The position numbers and the translations under genes were made by a program. From positions 91,946,001 through 92,010,000 of the forward strand of contig OX597824.1 in the NCBI GenBank assembly GCA_951406725.2: DNA of 64,000 nt, written 5' to 3'. This document shows positions 22,991 to 38,694 of the stretch, piece after piece (positions within the stretch are counted from its first letter, which is position 1; each line of letters starts with the position of its first letter). A model generated the notes under the pieces. The model was not told the origin of the DNA. It was given only the letters and a program-made list of their open reading frames with translations, and ran no database searches. The DNA is from Octopus vulgaris. Lineage: Eukaryota.

Positions 22991-24313
22991 TACAGGGTAA
23001 ATGTTTTTTAAATTTTCTCCTGGTTTACGGAATTAATTTTTATTTGCGGTTGAAGCTTTGGCTGTTATTTCTAGTGGGTGAATGGCCTATTATGATATAT
23101 ATATATATATATATATATATACGATATATATACGACTTCAACCACATCTCTAGGCTAATATTGAGATTTATACTGCAATATGTGGCGTGCTACAGGGTTA
23201 GATATTTCAAAAATAATTATTTCACGTTCTCCCGAATTTTTATAGAATACGTATGACATAGAGAGAATGGGAGAATAGGAGACTGAGAGAAAGAGAATCG
23301 GAGAGAACATTAAACTTTCTTATTTGTATTTCACAAATGTCCAGAAATTTAATTCAGTCTGTTAGTATTATCTAAGATATAATATTCTGTATCGTGTGTA
23401 TGTGTGTGCTACCGTATGTGTGTGGGTGTATGTATAGATATAAGTATATATGTATGTGTATATATATATATGTATATATATACATATGAACTTATACATA
23501 TACTGTATAAGCATATATATCTAATGTAACATGATGTTATATTATATATATATATATGTATATATATTATCTAATGTATATTGTTTCGAAGTCAGAAGAA
23601 AACACGAAAAAATTTGAGAGAAGCTCCACAATTCTGTAGTTTGGAAGCGCATTGATAGTAAATAAATACACACACACACACACACTCACACACGCACACA
23701 CACTCTGACATTCATACTTCACAGCTACATGAGCACCCAAACACGCACACATACACATGGAGATAAGGAAAAGGCCTTAAATGCGCACGCACATACCTTA
23801 ATTGGTATACACACTCTCACACACACATATATATGCACGTTTATTTATATGGTAAATATATATATATATATATATGTATAGTTACACACGCACAAACAGA
23901 TATATATATATACATAGATAGAGAGTGAGAGAGAGAGGGAGAGAAAGCCATATATATATAATGTTATAGCTATATATGCTGGTGTATATATATATATATG
24001 TATATATATATACACACATGCTAACATTTGTCAAAGGAAGCTGAAATTGCAGCCTGAATGAATTGACTTTAAAAAATGTTTAATGTCTATTGTCAGAATT
24101 AACTGCAAAAACGGATTCCAAATCTTGGTGTCCTTCATGTCACAAGTAATTTTTTTGTCACAAGTAATTTTTTGTATATTCTTATATGAGTCGCTTTTAC
24201 TGTTTTTTTTCTTATTTATATCGGATAAACAGTAATATTTTTCAAGCTTCCTTCTAAACAACTTATTTAAAGGTGGTATGTGAGATTTTGATATATTCAA
24301 CGACAGAGACAGG

Positions 24314-24350
<37 letters not shown>

Positions 24351-24525
24351 CAGACAGACAGACAGAAAAGAAAAGATATATATGAAAATAATTTCATCAC
24401 TCATAGGTGGGTGATAAACAATATTTAAGTTGGAAGTAAACAATATTAAATTCAGCAAAAAAGTGATTTTAAATTTGAAGTGAGAACAATTTATCAGAGG
24501 GAGAACAATACTGGCAAGAATATCG

Positions 24526-24557
<32 letters not shown>

Positions 24558-24818
24558 GCCATCACCACACCACACCACCATCATCATCATTACAACTACC
24601 ACCACCACCACTATCATCATCATCATCCTCATCATCATCATAAGTAGTAGCCGTACAATTGTTGTTGTTGATAACGATGATGATAGTGGGGGTGACGAGG
24701 ATGATGGTTGTTGTGGTGATGGTAGATGTAATGATGATGATGAGGATGAGGATGATGAGGATGATGATGATGTCGGTGGTGGTGTTGATGATGACGATGG
24801 TGGTGGTGGTGGTTGTTG

Positions 24819-24849
<31 letters not shown>

Positions 24850-25025
24850 GGTGATAATGACGATGATAATGAAAGATATTGATGTTCTTGGTATTGTTGG
24901 TGAAGTGGATGATTATATTGGTATTACATATGATTGTTATTATTGCTGTTGTTGTTATTACTGTTGTTGTTGATGTTGTTATGTTTCTTCTTATTATTAT
25001 CATTATTCGGCGTGTTTTCACAGTT

Positions 25026-25523
25026 TTATAATTTACTTCTGCACTTCCTTCCTCTTTTCAGTCTGTTGTGTCTCTGGAGACGTAAACTCGCGTTTGGATA
25101 CAAAACACAAAATAATATTTTTTTGTTTTTCACTTTCCTGTGGAAGATGTTGTTCTGCTTTCGGTATAATCTAATGTGTCCTCTGTACAGCCGAAAATGT
25201 CTGACGCCTGTTTTGTTATCCTCCGTGGTTCCTTCTGTGTTATGCGGCGTGGTTCCTGCTGTTGCATCCTGTTTGGTGCCTGTTATGTTATGGTGTGTGC
25301 TTCCTGTTGTGGTATCCTCCGTGTTTCCTTCTGCGGTATCTTGTGTGGTTCCTGATGTGTTATGCTCTGTGGTTCCTGCTGTTCTATCCTGTTTGGTGCC
25401 TGTTATCTTATGGTGTCTGCTTCCTGTTGTGGTATCCTGCTTGATTCCTGTTGTGTTATCCTGTGCGTTGCCCGTATCAATGATGGATTTTGTGGCTCTG
25501 GTGTCGGTCGGAGATTGGGGAAA
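25026..25523 (-). CDS. Candidate coding exon: Thr/Gly/Asp-rich 8-aa repeat (mucin-like) peptide
   Basis: Stop-free frame of 165 codons starting right after tttgtAG: FPQSPTDTRATKSIIDTGNAQDNTTGIKQDTTTGSRHHKITGTKQDRTAGTTEHNTSGTTQDTAEGNTEDTTTG... It is the only open minus frame across the repeat, and the Gly codon alternates GGA/GGC. No start codon or homology support. Confidence 0.3.
   Translation of the reverse strand, partial: FPQSPTDTRATKSIIDTGNAQDNTTGIKQDTTTGSRHHKITGTKQDRTAGTTEHNTSGTTQDTAEGNTEDTTTGSTHHNITGTKQDATAGTTPHNTEGTTEDNKTGVRHFRLYRGHIRLYRKQNNIFHRKVKNKKILFCVLYPNASLRLQRHNRLKRGRKCRSKL
25207..25470. repeat. 24-bp minisatellite, 11 diverged units, no indels, with 120-bp higher-order period
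   Basis: Units begin with CCT at 25207 and every 24 nt thereafter (e.g. cctgttgtgttatcctgtgcgttg). Units 3-5 recur as units 8-10. Confidence 0.9.
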
Positions 25524-26469
25524 CTACAAACGACGTGGACAGCTATATATCTTTAGTTGGCAGTTGTGTAGTAAATAAGCTGTATACGCTGTTGGAGTTA
25601 TAATGACAGCTTTTCGGGTGTTGTCACAGTAAGGAAGATATTCGTCTTGTAATGTTAGATATTAATTCTGTAGCACAATTGGAGAATGAGTAGTATTGGT
25701 CAACGTAGTGATAATTTTATTGGATATGTTGAGCGTTAATTTACAGTAGCTACTGCGTTGCATACAGAAACCTGTGTGTAGCAGTGTTATCAAAAGGACA
25801 TTGTGTTTTCCATACCACGAAATAATTGTTTGGGCATCTTTTTTTACTTTCGATGGTGTATGAGGTCTTGGGCGGTGAATTTTTATCTTTGTGACTGTAA
25901 TATCTTTTGCTCGAATCATTATCATCGTTATCATCATCACCATCATCGTCGTCGTTGTCATCATCATCATCCTCCTCCTCATCATCATCATCGCTGTCGT
26001 CGTCGTCATCATCATCATTATAACGCTGGAGATGTACTACACTGTCAGCTGTTCACTACCAGAGAACTAAGGTAACACCTCTTATTTTTCGAGCACCTTC
26101 CGGATTATTAGAGCAGTTCGATGCTGTGCTGTGTTCTGCAGGTGCTCCACCCTTATTGCGGTGCCTATATGTTCCACGTACTTCTCGAGATTTTTGCTCA
26201 CTGTTTAGTTTATGTGTGCAATAAATTATGCTGCAGATGATAGAATCGTATACAAGGTATTTTATAAGGATGTCTAATCTCCATATATATACAGGCAATA
26301 CTTGCGATGTTCACAAGACTAGAAAACTTTCAGAGAACTGTCACTTCTAAAATGCAGGCAAAATACACGTAACTACACCAGCGGTTGACAAACGATGTTG
26401 AGGGGACAAACACAGACAGAAATACGCACACACACACGCACACATATACATACTCACACACATACACAC

Positions 26470-26518
<49 letters not shown>

Positions 26519-26917
26519 GGCGCAGGAGTGGCTGTGTGGTAAGTAGCTTGCTAACCAACCACATGGTTCCGGGTTCAGTCCCACTGCGTGGCATCTTGGG
26601 CAAGTGTCTTCTGCTATAGCCCCGGGCCGACCAATGCCTTGTGAGTGGATTTGGTAGACGGAAACTGAAAGAAGCCTGTCGTATATATGTATATATATGT
26701 ATATGTGTGTGTGTGTGTGTGTTTGTGTGTCTGTGTTTGTCCCCCTAGCATTGCTTGACAACCGATGCTGGTGTGTTTACGTTCCCGTCACTTAGCGGTT
26801 CGGCAAAAGAGACCGATAGAATAAGTACTGGGTTTACAAAGAATAAGTCCCAGGGTCGATTTGCTCGACTAAAAGGCGGTGCTCCAGCATGGCCGCAGTC
26901 AAATGACTGAAACAAGT

Positions 26918-26932
<15 letters not shown>
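26519..26932 (+). mobile_element. tRNA-derived SINE, family A (full length, poly-A tail)
   Basis: Close match to 3592-3988; ends in an A-run. Confidence 0.88.
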
Positions 26933-26947
<15 letters not shown>

Positions 26948-26948
<1 letters not shown>

Positions 26949-27107
26949 CGGCGGTCTTCTCAGTTTTCGTCCACCAAATTCCCTCACAAGACTTTGATCG
27001 GCCCGGGATTGTAGAGAAGACAATTGTCCAGGGTGCCATGCAATGGGATAGAACCCAGAACCATTGGTTGGTAGGCAAGCTACTTAGCACGCATCCACTC
27101 CTGCACC
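26948..27107 (-). mobile_element. SINE family A 5' part, inverted relative to neighbour
   Basis: Reverse complement of the family A head (ggtgcaggagtggatgcgtgctaagtagcttgcc...). Confidence 0.75.
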
Positions 27108-27110
27108 TTA

Positions 27111-27148
<38 letters not shown>

Positions 27149-27517
27149 GTGTGTGTGTGTTTACTTGAATATACATACACAAACTCACTCGCACGAATAC
27201 ACGCATACACACACATACATACACACAATTTATGTATGTGTGTAAGTATATGCTCATGTATGCTTGGTTGTATGCGTATGTACGTGGATGTTTCTGTAGG
27301 CGTGCTTGGCTTTCAGAATGTTATCTGGATTTGAAATATATCAAATACACAAACGAAGCATTAATTATGAGACATGGAAACCATATGACAGGCAGAGACA
27401 TACACAAACATGCTCATTCACACATAGATACGTCTACATGTCAATAAGCATATATAAAGCTATACTTGTATATAAACATGTTAATGTATATCTCTATATC
27501 TATCTATCCACATATAC

Positions 27518-27572
<55 letters not shown>

Positions 27573-27608
27573 TATATACATAATATATATATATATCTAT
27601 ATACACAA

Positions 27609-27656
<48 letters not shown>

Positions 27657-28177
27657 GTTTTTCTCTATAATAAAATATATATACACAATATCCGTTGAAT
27701 AATTTACACAACAAACGAAGACACAGCTCGTTATATTCCAATAATGCTAAAACTAAATCAACAACATTATTCAAAGTCTGCAATGAGATAACAAGATTTG
27801 ATAAGACAAAACTTTGGAGACGTACCGGAAAGTGTTGGCTTTGATCAAAAGAAGTTGCTATTTCGGAGATTTGATATCAGTACAACGTTACAATCAAAGA
27901 ATATTGAGAAAGAATTTATGATGTAATTTTCCTGGCTTTCGGAAGAAGTCAGCAAAATGTATGTGGCACAATCTCTCGAAAACAATGATACAAACAAGCT
28001 GTACGAAAGTTAAATTTACTGAGATCTGATTTTACCATTTTGAACAAATTAGAATTACGTCGTTTTTAACACGAACAAACACAGGCGCTCTCACGCGTTT
28101 ATATATATATGTGCATGTGTTTGTGTTTATATAAATATATAATATGTACACACACACACAGACACACGTACACACAG

Positions 28178-28259
<82 letters not shown>

Positions 28260-28534
28260 CATTATTCAGTTTTAGTTCAAGATTCCTTGCCAGTAGAGAA
28301 AGAACCGGTTTCTAACCTAGATCCAAGGTTCATTGGAATTTCAACACCAACAACAGGGTGTTTTTGTTTGGTTGTTTGCTTTGATATATGAATGTATGTA
28401 TGTTTTATGTATGTATGTATGTATGTATGTATGTATGCATGCATGCACGTATGTGTATGTACAAATTTGTATGTTTTATTTTATGTACGTATTGTCATGC
28501 ATATAGTTGCATATCTATACATGGTCATACATTT

Positions 28535-29170
28535 AAATGGTAAACTCCGAGAATGTTTTACAGATTTTTACAGTTCCAGTGATGGACTGGATCTGTAGTC
28601 TTCGAACTAGCTATCTCTTTTCTGGATTTGAGAAACGTAATTTCTCGAGATTGGTATTTAGGCAGTGTGTTACATACCCCAGCGCCTCGATAATTACAGG
28701 TATTAAACTGAACTTCTAATCTGGATAAGTAACTGTAGATTGTTCAATACAATTCAGCGTACGTATTCTCTTTCTCACTGATCTTCAGCTTTATGTTAAT
28801 ATCTGTTGGGCAGCTAATTTCCACAACTGTGCACAGTTTCTCTTCTCTATTCCAAATCATTATATCAGTTCTATTGTGTTTATATTTTATTGAGGATTTC
28901 AATGGGACATTCTACCAGTTTTCCTTTTTATTATGCATAGCTACGGCTTCGACTATACATGTGGTTTATTATTTCTTTGTCCTCGGAGTTATCCTTCCGA
29001 CGGATTTCAATATAAAGTATCCTAGCTGCAAAATTATATTTCATCGGTAGATTATACAATGATGATATTTTCAGACAACTGCTTATGACGTGGATGATAT
29101 CTTCGGTGGCAACTCCATAGAGTCTGCATCGGTTGTCACATTTTAATGATTTTCCAGCATCTATAACCCC
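28535..29170 (-). mobile_element. 3' fragment of a second RLE-type LINE family (R4/Dong-like), pseudogenised
   Basis: CRLYGVATEDIIHVISSC (CCHC), KHNRTDIMIWNREEKLCTVVEISCP (PD..E nuclease) and LQIQSITGTVKICKTF C-terminus. Related piece at 51155-51330. Confidence 0.75.
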
Positions 29171-29203
29171 TGTCTTCGTCTTTTGTTTTTGTAAATTCCA
29201 ACT

Positions 29204-29240
<37 letters not shown>

Positions 29241-29335
29241 GAGAGAGAGAGAGACACATATATATGTGTGTGTGTAGTTGGAATTTACCAAAAAAACAAA
29301 CAAATATAGATAGATAGATAGATGCATACACATAC

Positions 29336-29388
<53 letters not shown>

Positions 29389-29411
29389 TATATGCAAACG
29401 CGTATATACAA

Positions 29412-29459
<48 letters not shown>

Positions 29460-30267
29460 ATATATACATATAAACGCACATACATACATACATACATACA
29501 TACAAACATACATACATACACACATACATACATACATGCAGGCACACATAGATACATGTATATTCGTATGTATATAAATCGACAGGAATTTTAAAGTGAA
29601 TCATTAGCTCTGAGCGTTTTGTAGTGGCACTTACCACCAAACCGCTCTATGTGCATCGATGTTAATGACTTGTTTTATGATATCGCTTTGAACGAAAACT
29701 AATCAGTTATAATGGATCTAACTATATCATTAGTTTAATGCAAAAAAAAATTCAAACAAATCACGAAAAAGATCCGTTTTATGCCTCGGTCTCATCCATA
29801 GTTTAGTTCACTTAAAAATCTATTTCCTCATTAAAAAATCCCTGAGGTGTTTGTAAGATTGTCCCTAGCACCATAAAGCAATTATTCACACACATAACGT
29901 GGTTTTGAGATGCTTGTTAGTATTTCATCGTGTCAGTGGTGTAATATTTTCTGAATTTATTAAAATTTAGAACGTAGAATAAAAAGTTAATCCAGTAATA
30001 TTTCTTAAATCCTTGTTTTATGTACAAATGTGTAAATCGATATCTTAAGATATTAAACTAATGACAATCAACAGAGCAGAAAGATCCTTGTTCGGTAAAC
30101 TCTAGGACATTCGTTCTTCATCCATCCCTTCATTCATCCATCTTCACTGACTAATACTCCAGGGGGGCGGCTTGAGTGGTAAAGTCCTTAGACCACACCC
30201 ACTAGACTCAGAGGCAACCGTTATTACATTTTGCTGCAAGATTCCCAGGTACTTATTTAGTAGACAC

Positions 30268-30924
30268 CGAAAATAGGTATTTCGTCTGTCTTTACATTCT
30301 GAGTTCAAATTCCGCTGAAGTCGACTTTGCCTTTTATCCTTTCGTGATCGATTGAGTAAGTACCAGTTACGCATTGGAGTCGAAGTAATCGACTTAATCC
30401 CTTTGTCTGTCCTTGTTTGTCCACTCTATATTTAGCGAAGTCGACTTCAGTGGAATTTGAACTCAGAATGTAAAGACAGACGAAATACCTATTTCTTTAC
30501 TACCTACAAGGGGCTAAGCACAGAGAGAGAGGACAAACAAGGACAGACAAAGGGATTAAGTCGATTACATCAACCCCAGTGCGTAACTGGTACTTATTTA
30601 ATCGACCCCGAAAGGATGAAAAGCAAAGTCGACCTCGGCGGAATTTGAACTCAGAACGTAGCGGCAGACGAAATACCTCTAAGCATTTCGCCCGACGTGC
30701 TAACGATTCTGCCATATACCTATTTCTTTACTAACCACAAGGGGCTAAACACAGGGGACAAACAAGGACAGACAAACGGATTAAGTCGATTATATCGATC
30801 CCAGTGCGTAGTTGGTACTTAATTTATCGACACCGAAAGGATGAAAGGCAAAGTCGACCTCGGCGGAATTTGAACTCAGAACGCATTTCGCCCGTCGAGC
30901 TAACGATTCTGCCAGCTTTCCGCC
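30268..30924. mobile_element. Cluster of SINE family B pieces in both orientations
   Basis: Plus-strand piece 30268-30435 followed by two minus-strand copies, forming an inverted repeat. Confidence 0.8.
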
Positions 30925-32409
30925 TTGCCTACAATAATCATTGCCTTATACTCTATCTATATTAGATATTTCTATATTAAATATTACGTGTATTTCTGTA
31001 CGAGATAATTTTATAATAAACATAAGTGGTATTTTATAATTGCAAAATGCTTCATTAACTTTGTGTTGCGGTAACTATAGTTCTGCATCGGTGTTGTGTT
31101 GATGCATTTTAAACATTCCGATAATATCCCAGAGTCCCCGTCGTTATACTACATAAATTTCAGTTGAGGAAACTCTAACAGTTAATACTTATTACGGTAT
31201 CAATATTATTAGCATTCGTCACTAATACCATTTAATTCAGTTTGCAGTATGAATCTTCTAAGATATTTCTTCCTTCTGTATGTTCTAGTCCCTTTAGATT
31301 TGCAATTTCTAAGTCTTCTTCGAAGTATCTGCTCTAATTCTCTCAGGTATTTGTTCTTTTTGAGAATTATGCAATTCCGAATTTTTTCCCTCTTCTCTAT
31401 AAAATGCTCTTGACGCATTTTTTGAAACTGAAGTTGATGCCAATTTTGTTATGTCTTGTATCTGCTTGTTATTGATGACAAATTCCCAGAGAGATTCTTC
31501 CCAGAATCAAAGAGAAGCGATCACAGTTAAAAACGTTCCGGTAATATTTCTTTGCATTTTTCACAGCCATCTCGCAGATTTAATCTTCAATTACGACATC
31601 GTTAAACTGTAACTCATATCTACTCTGTATCGATATAAACCATGAGCTTGTAGTTTCTATTCTCCGTGAAGTATTTGTCAGACAAACCGCAATCGTCAGC
31701 AACACAACTAAAACAAATATTCTGTTGGTATGAAGGTTACGGGATTCCTCTTCTCCTCCGTTTTGGTGACAGCGGTGACCAGGCGATTCACACTGATGAT
31801 TTCACCCTGAATGAAAATACGTGACATGGGAGTTCCGGCGTCCATGACAGACGACTCTCGTCTGCTACGAACGGCGTGTATTCTTTTATGCGCCAAACAC
31901 CTATATTACAGGATATATCACGGCTAATGCCGGAGTATTCGGTGTTCTAACAAGACATCTACTTTAAGATGGATATGAAAATTCCGTTTGCTATTCATAT
32001 TGCTTCCGTCGCTAGTAAATTAATCTTTGATAATTCTGCTCGTTATTTGCAACAACAGTCTCCGATATGATACTCATAGTCTATATATAATACCAGCGAA
32101 ATTTGACTGGGATACAGTGATACAGTGACAGGATGCCTCCCACTGATGATTTCGAGTAGAATGAAACCGCGTGATATCGGAATATCGACGCCTTTCATAC
32201 ATTCGAAGGCCTTTGCTTTTCAACCTTTTGTTGTCGATAAAATAAGTACCAGTTGACTACTGGGGTCGATGGAATCGACTTACCCCGTCCCCAGAGTTGG
32301 TAGTTTCCAAAGAAATGTTTTAACTTTAAGTTTTGTTACATTTTACTGTTGCTAGAATGCTACTTTTAATTCATAGAAGACATTCGATCCAACTTAATTC
32401 TTAAAGTGT

Positions 32410-32705
32410 GGAGGCACATGGCCTAATGGTTAGAGCAGCGGACTCGCGGTCGAGGGATCGCGGGTTCGAATCTCAAACCGAGTGATGTGTGTGCTTATGA
32501 GCTAAGCACCTAAGCTCCACGCGGCTCCGGCAAAAGGTAATGGCGAACTTCTGCTGACTCTTTCACCACAACTTTCTCTCACTCTTTCCTCCTGCATCTT
32601 GCAGCTCACCTGCGATGGACCGGCGTCCCTTCCAGATGGGGAACCTATACGCCAAGGAAATCGAGAATCCGGCCCTTATGAGCCAGGCATGGCTCGAGAA
32701 GGAAG
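32410..32705 (+). mobile_element. tRNA-derived SINE, family C
   Basis: Head ggaggcacatggcctaatggttagagcagcggactcgcggtcgagggatcgcgggttcgaatc has a clear A-box and B-box GGTTCGAATC; related copy at 39446. Confidence 0.8.
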
Positions 32706-33056
32706 GAATTCTTAAAGAGTTTTTCAGTTTTAAAGTGTAATTATAATTAAAATTTCGCATTCTAAGACGTTTCCATTCTTATATATTTTCCAGACGTTCT
32801 TATAGATATGAAACTGCGTTCATATTTAGTATGATGCGGTTGGTTCTAACGTGTGTTTATTAGTAGAAATCATGTACGTATCTTATAAGTTGTTATTTAC
32901 CTCCAATTTTGCTTGTGCCAACACTATCATAACGATCTTACGTTTCCATTGTTTTAAGTTTTAATTTTTTGAAATATTTTCTGTACAGATATTTTCGTTT
33001 CATATTTTTTGTTTGTTATTAACATTCTCATGCCCTGTAGCTATGTCTGAAATCAT

Positions 33057-33170
<114 letters not shown>

Positions 33171-33544
33171 TTATGTATATACTCAATTAGCTATTATTAT
33201 TATGGAGTGCTATGTTATTTTTAAATGAGAGTTAATTAATCGCCAGATATTTTGCATGATTGCTGCAGTAATTAACTTCTTTGAAGTAGTCACCTACTAT
33301 AAAACTTATTTTTACTTCAAAAATATAATATTTTTTTTTCAATCCATTGCAACCCTATTCTGCGCTTTTTTAAGGACTTGACTTATGATATTTAAACTGC
33401 AATATTTTGAAATACCTACTAGTAATTTCGGTTTACGTATTATGTCTAATTCCGCCCTTCAAATTTTACTATATAAGTATCGGTTTCAAATAAAACGTTC
33501 CGGTTTAAACCATCACTCAACTTCAGGAAGCATTATCTGAGACC

Positions 33545-33697
33545 CCCTTTGGTCACGACACAGACCATGGGATTGCACCTAGAAAGTTACCCTTACAGAC
33601 ACAAGACCGGACGAGGTTGTTTATGGAAGATCACCAGTCACCTATGCATACCAGCCTCCCCTCTCCACGCCACTGACGTTATCCAAGAGAAAGGCAA
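33545..33697 (-). mobile_element. SINE body fragment
   Basis: Reverse complement of 4282-4440. Confidence 0.6.
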
Positions 33698-35074
33698 TTA
33701 ATCAGTGCATGATTAATTGAGGGTGATGACGATTCAGGTTTCCTCGTGTGGTGACATCAACTATCTCGAGGCTTTCTGTTCGTGGCAAATGAGAGAAAAT
33801 AGCGCTGCTTTCAGTACCACCATCATCATCAACAACTGCAGCTGCAGCCATAACAGCAACAATGACAGCAACAACAACACTTAAGTCAGCTGAATTGACT
33901 GTGCTGCATTTCAGGCCCGGTTTAACTCCACGAGTACGAAATTACATCAGCTTCATTTACCCGAGATGCGTGCAGAGTGATGAATCTGTTCTGCACGCAC
34001 CCGTTTAGTACTCGAGAACTGCTGACATGTGGAGATAATTCGACGTCTGCCCCCACATGGAGAGTAAAATGCAGTTATAAGTCCACTGTGAAAATGGCAC
34101 CGACGCCTCCCTTTAACTGGAAAGGATAGGTAATATTTCTCTGCCTTGTAGCTTTAGCGAAAGATGTTGTGTGGTGGATCAAGCTAAAAGGGCTTTAACG
34201 AAAGGGGTTGTGTCGTGGATCAGGCTAAAAGGGCTGAAGGCAGACAACTTCTCCTATGACCAAACACTTACATACTCTCTTTTAAGCTTCAGGTGAAAGA
34301 TAAGTAAGGGTAGTCATGTTAGAACTGTCATGGACGTACTGTCTTCCGCCAAATTTGTAAAGGTGGTTAAGTATGGAGAATATGTTCGAAGTGGACCAGC
34401 ATATGGTTAGTGTGCACCGGTAGATAGAAGAAGGAAAAACGAGGCGGGCACTTGCTTCGTGATCAAGATAACCAAAGCTTTGTGATGTTTTCAACATTCG
34501 GCGGCTTCCCTCTTCTGGGAATTCTTGACAGTTTGAAATTTATTCTTTCTTTGTAAATATTAATACAATTTCTACGGCAGCCAACTGGTAGAATCTCTAC
34601 TGCATCGGACAAAATACTTAACAGCATTTCATGTGACTCTTTACGCTGTGATAGACTTTGCCTTTCGGGGGTCATTAAAATTAATACCAGCTGAACACCG
34701 GAGCCGATGTAATAGATTTAGACTCTTCCTTCAATTACCCGAAACTGCTGGCCTCGTGCCAAAATTATAAATCAGTGTAAGTACAGATATTTAAGCACTC
34801 TTTATTTTCGTGCAATCTGTTGGTGTATTATAACCATAGTATAACCAATGGTTAATAAAGAAGCCCTTCCTCGTTATTAAAGAAAGACTTCTTGTTGCCG
34901 TTGATGTTCTTTTCCTTGTCGTTCTTTTTTCCTCCCCTCCTACTCCTCCTCCTTTTTCTTTTTCTTCTTCTTCTTCTTCTTCTTCTTCTTCTTCTCCTCC
35001 TTCTCCTTCTTCTTATTCTTGTTGTTGTTGTTGTTCTTCTTCTTCTTCTTCTTCTTCTAATAACAATAGCAATG

Positions 35075-35115
<41 letters not shown>

Positions 35116-35152
35116 CTTTATAATAATAATAATAATGATAATAATAATAATG

Positions 35153-35205
<53 letters not shown>

Positions 35206-35227
35206 CTTTATAATAATAATAATAATG

Positions 35228-37579
<2,352 letters not shown>

Positions 37580-38286
37580 CTTCATTATCATCATCATCAT
37601 CATCGTCATCATCGTCATCATCGTTGTTGATGTTAGAGCGATATAGTGAATTCCGAATGTGTATCTAAGATAGTGTGAAGCCTACTGTCTCTTTCACTCC
37701 ATTTCTTTAACCTCTTATTTTCAGTTTCAGTATCCTCTTCGACTCCGCCTTATCCTCCTCCTCCTTCTCGTCGTTGTCGTCTGCGGTTTCATCGTCATCA
37801 ATGTCACCATGATGATCAACAATAACAGACTCAAAAACCTAGAACAATTACAGAGGACGAAAAACAAAAAACAAAAAATACGAAAACGAAAGAAAACAAA
37901 ACAAATGTAATAATTAAAATAAAACAAAGATTTAGGATGAAGGAAACCCAGAGCAAATAAGAGGAACAATTACAACAAAAACAATATCTTTTTTGCTGAA
38001 ATAACAAGGCCATTAATAGGTGTCCACAATTATTGAATAAAATAACAAAACGACGAACGAGAAGATTCTGTCTTCAGATACACCGTAGACATTGATAAGG
38101 ACAAAGTCACACATAACGACAAAGGCACACGTACACAGATACATACATATGTACATACATACACATATGCATGCATGCACATACACACAGAGGCACACAC
38201 AGACAGGCACAGACACAGGTACGGATACACATGCGCGCAAGCACACGCATACACACACAAATATACATACATACATACATAAATAC

Positions 38287-38347
<61 letters not shown>

Positions 38348-38694
38348 CATATATATATATGTATATATGTATATATATATATATGTGTGTGTGTATTATA
38401 TATATATATATATATGTGTGTGTGTATATATGTACATATATAGACAGACGTGAACAAACTATGGATGCAAACATCTAAAATTGCGCATAAACACTAGGCA
38501 AGGTAACTGTGTAACACGAGAAACTTTGGTATTGAAATCAATTTGTTATGGTTCTTTCATATTAGAATTTAAGACAATGGTTTCGAAAAAAAAAAGCGGA
38601 GACAACTACATTTGAATGATTCCTACATAAACAGTGAAATGACGCCCACACAATACACATACACACGTATTTCATACATACAAACATAAACACA

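Larger units (their letters stand above)
21587..23094 (+). mobile_element. Retrozyme-like tandem array: ~3.07 copies of a 491/492-bp hammerhead-containing unit
   Basis: Near-identical units (HHR cores at 21909, 22401, 22892). The array starts and ends with ttggctgttatttctagtgggtgaatggcctattatg, is flanked by (TA)n, and has no RT/endonuclease coding capacity. Confidence 0.88.

Noticed and set aside
21587-23094. CRISPR array or plain satellite interpretation
   Set aside because: No short repeat with unique spacers and no cas genes. The units are ~492 bp and contain a complete HHR.
32410-32485. tRNA gene
   Set aside because: A/B boxes are present but there is no proper acceptor stem or terminator, and the sequence continues into a repeated SINE body. 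The same applies to the other SINE heads.
34892-35284. N-terminal 131 aa of the 599-aa ORF as part of the RT protein
   Set aside because: It is CTT/ATA microsatellite fortuitously in frame with a 5'-truncated LINE; likewise for 42094-42377.
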